Made by a program: the position numbers and the translations under genes
In this document: piece after piece, positions 24,001-24,857 of the stretch
Numbering within the stretch: position 1 is the stretch's first letter
Layout of the letters: each line of letters opens with the position of its first letter
IMG/VR virus record: IMGVR_UViG_3300033407_000103
Span: 1 to 24,857 of that record
Length of the DNA stretch: 24,857 nt
Reading direction: 5' to 3' (one strand)
Source of the DNA: a virus
Lineage: Duplodnaviria > Caudoviricetes
Notes under the pieces: model-generated
Told to the model about the DNA's origin: nothing
Database searches by the model: none
Seen by the model: the letters and a program-made list of their open reading frames with translations, nothing else

Positions 24001-24857
24001 TCCTTGGCTTTATCATAAGTTATTGGATTGTCAACATCAGCCGCTGTTTCAAGCAGTGCTGGAGTGCTTAAAGCAAGTTCATAGTATCTTGCGTCATTTT
24101 CTCCTTGGTGCCAAACAAGTCCGTTTATACCGCCAAGCGCCAAGCATGTATCATGTAGATAATCGTATAAAGCGCCTGTTCCATATGACCATGAGCCCAA
24201 GCCATTTTTTGAAGTATGTAGTGCCTGAAGCTGTACAAATTCACTTTCCCACAGACTCGTTCCACCAACAGAGGTTTGAATAAGGCCAACCGGCAAGCCG
24301 GTCTCATCTGAAATAGTTTTTGCAAACGCTATTGCTCCGTCCTGGTTCCGTCCGTATACTGTGCTATCTGGGATTTGCCAGCCATCTACCGCACCGCCAA
24401 AGTAGTCTTCAATGATAAACCACTCATCATTTGACGGGTCTTCGTAGGCCGCAATATATGTCTTGCCCTCAGCCGTCACATAAACCGTATCTTCTTTTTC
24501 GACTCCAGTAAGCGCGTATAATGCTGTGAGGTCGGCAACGGTTGACTTTTGCAGATCAAGCCAGAAAAATCCATGCCTTGGCCGTGTTGCTTCATCATCG
24601 CTGTAAAAATAGTTAAAGAAATAGTTCAGGTATGTTTTTCCTGTGGCTGTGACAGTAATGCTCTTGCCAAGTTCGTCAGTCCCCTCAGCTATATAAATGC
24701 TCAGTGTGCTTGTTCCATCAATTGGTGTAGCCCATGATGAATCAAGTGTAAGAGTATCATTGCCACAGGCTGTTATTTTGGCAGTCTGCCCAACTCCTGT
24801 ACCACCAGTCACTTCAATGGTTGCGTTTACAAAATTATTTGTGCCATTAACTCCATT
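21075..24857 (-). CDS. Tailspike / receptor-binding protein, 5'-truncated (>1260 aa): SGNH sialate-O-acetylesterase-like domain, pectin-lyase-like beta-helix, C-terminal C1q-like jelly roll
   Basis: The frame stays open past 24812 to the window edge. SGNH blocks: PVGLIQTSVGGTSL, VWHQGENDA, DSIH. Beta-helix cap: LYVD...DG...AFKYIAFAL. C-terminal AGDY.LTATV...ILKNG...LAVDDKI...FSIEK. Confidence 0.85.
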   Translation of the reverse strand, partial: NGVNGTNNFVNATIEVTGGTGVGQTAKITACGNDTLTLDSSWATPIDGTSTLSIYIAEGTDELGKSITVTATGKTYLNYFFNYFYSDDEATRPRHGFFWLDLQKSTVADLTALYALTGVEKEDTVYVTAEGKTYIAAYEDPSNDEWFIIEDYFGGAVDGWQIPDSTVYGRNQDGAIAFAKTISDETGLPVGLIQTSVGGTSLWESEFVQLQALHTSKNGLGSWSYGTGALYDYLHDTCLALGGINGLVWHQGENDARYYELALSTPALLETAADVDNPITYDKAKDFYIEKWNDLYDNITTDFGDIPIFISCIGAYPDFAPGSGYYGPDAELYWDAIEKANESLIRGKHNVFLGGYFYDLMMNYGDSIHADHTSYETMATRIANSYLQNTGYDVGFEIPKITKVSRTSSTETVVTLSTSNVALGNVSGGGNAWGFEVINDGSKVTPSAAVLSGNTVTLTHTAVTGEFDLRYAWGPYPQSRGVAAPQDVIVSTKASAIPLAPYFGIPKGVIKKINSVKAYDRRQVELLASPDLDFSTTLYALVDLGNIGTDVPINLIKSNEFAKVELIVKQNAAGTGVFNGWHSDILSKLVFGNGDPTPIIASLGADESIRLIITELGGTEFGTNEYYYVRWEPLTFSGTVNLYVDVANSTDNNTDGFGYDSATAFKYIAFALSQIDKYNGLTFNVYVAEGDHGAVESAITYNPVNKNKINIIGSTDTITTGTLTSDQSTSGNYYVLTDATTGFTASAHDTHIIRMTSGAASDGKAIITTNSTTVFTIQGRPFTGALTGDTFEIFACLSILPDLYCYGSSVYIENCTIGDGTTGFPLQSRRSSSIELSGVRILGADVGLYSFSNGFILSNSCYIGGTSRVVSAEGSSVMDLRHTLVKKTSTGTGNTLSAETGSTVHIWLGTTVDGNNRTADVIKIDSGGSVYPHFGNVIGLRTIIKNGGGDAINTYNAKAYRYTTFSDTLFESITGDNLAVSMPNESGMVYEDYPGNATTATTADTATTVTVTPDSSTSSFVKVLFVDATGAIRSYDGSNVFEFRPSTGATKLSSLWCDNYKNSSGSSTLTYSDGYLTTNTNFRSDNLYLNEAVKVTATATQINALKAGAHTDLHSHYRSATFYVGTSHAVSGDTIAQLDGTLIADTSIATLTGSYQANIEVAGDYSLTATVLLEDTHATGQLQNGYLRILKNGSTVLVGGWNLLDGLNPTSTFKRYSTWRVKIPATLAVDDKITMVVGGITSANIFGGSNASFFSIEKFK

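Noticed and set aside
281-24737. Numerous plus-strand ORFs of 60-206 aa in the ORF track
   Set aside because: All lie antisense to long, motif-bearing minus-strand genes and show no recognisable motifs. They are treated as shadow ORFs.
24810-24812. GTG start of the 1245-aa ORF
   Set aside because: The frame continues without a stop to the window edge, so the true start lies outside the window.
1-24857. Terminase, integrase, tRNA or rRNA genes
   Set aside because: No supporting motifs or structures were recognised by eye. The terminase presumably lies outside the window, and prophage versus free phage cannot be decided here.

Overview
The window is the virion-morphogenesis and lysis region of a tailed dsDNA phage or prophage with podovirus-like architecture. 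Every credible gene is on the minus strand. In transcription order (right to left) it holds: (1) a 5'-truncated, >1260-aa tailspike/receptor-binding protein with an SGNH O-acetylesterase, a beta-helix and a C1q-like tip; (2) an unusually complex lysis-like cassette of small membrane proteins, two lipoproteins (one phospholipase-A2-like), a ferredoxin/zinc-ribbon fusion and a lysozyme-fold endolysin; (3) portal, scaffold, N4-gp56-type major capsid protein and two paralogous decoration-like proteins, followed by a terminator; (4) head-tail adaptor, nozzle and several ejection-type proteins; (5) a 3'-truncated, >2300-aa large polyvalent protein that the ORF track misses. That protein carries JAB, two zincin and one ADP-ribosyltransferase-like domain, with the ART nested inside the second peptidase. 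All calls come from reading motifs, synteny and start/stop coupling by eye; no database searches were run.
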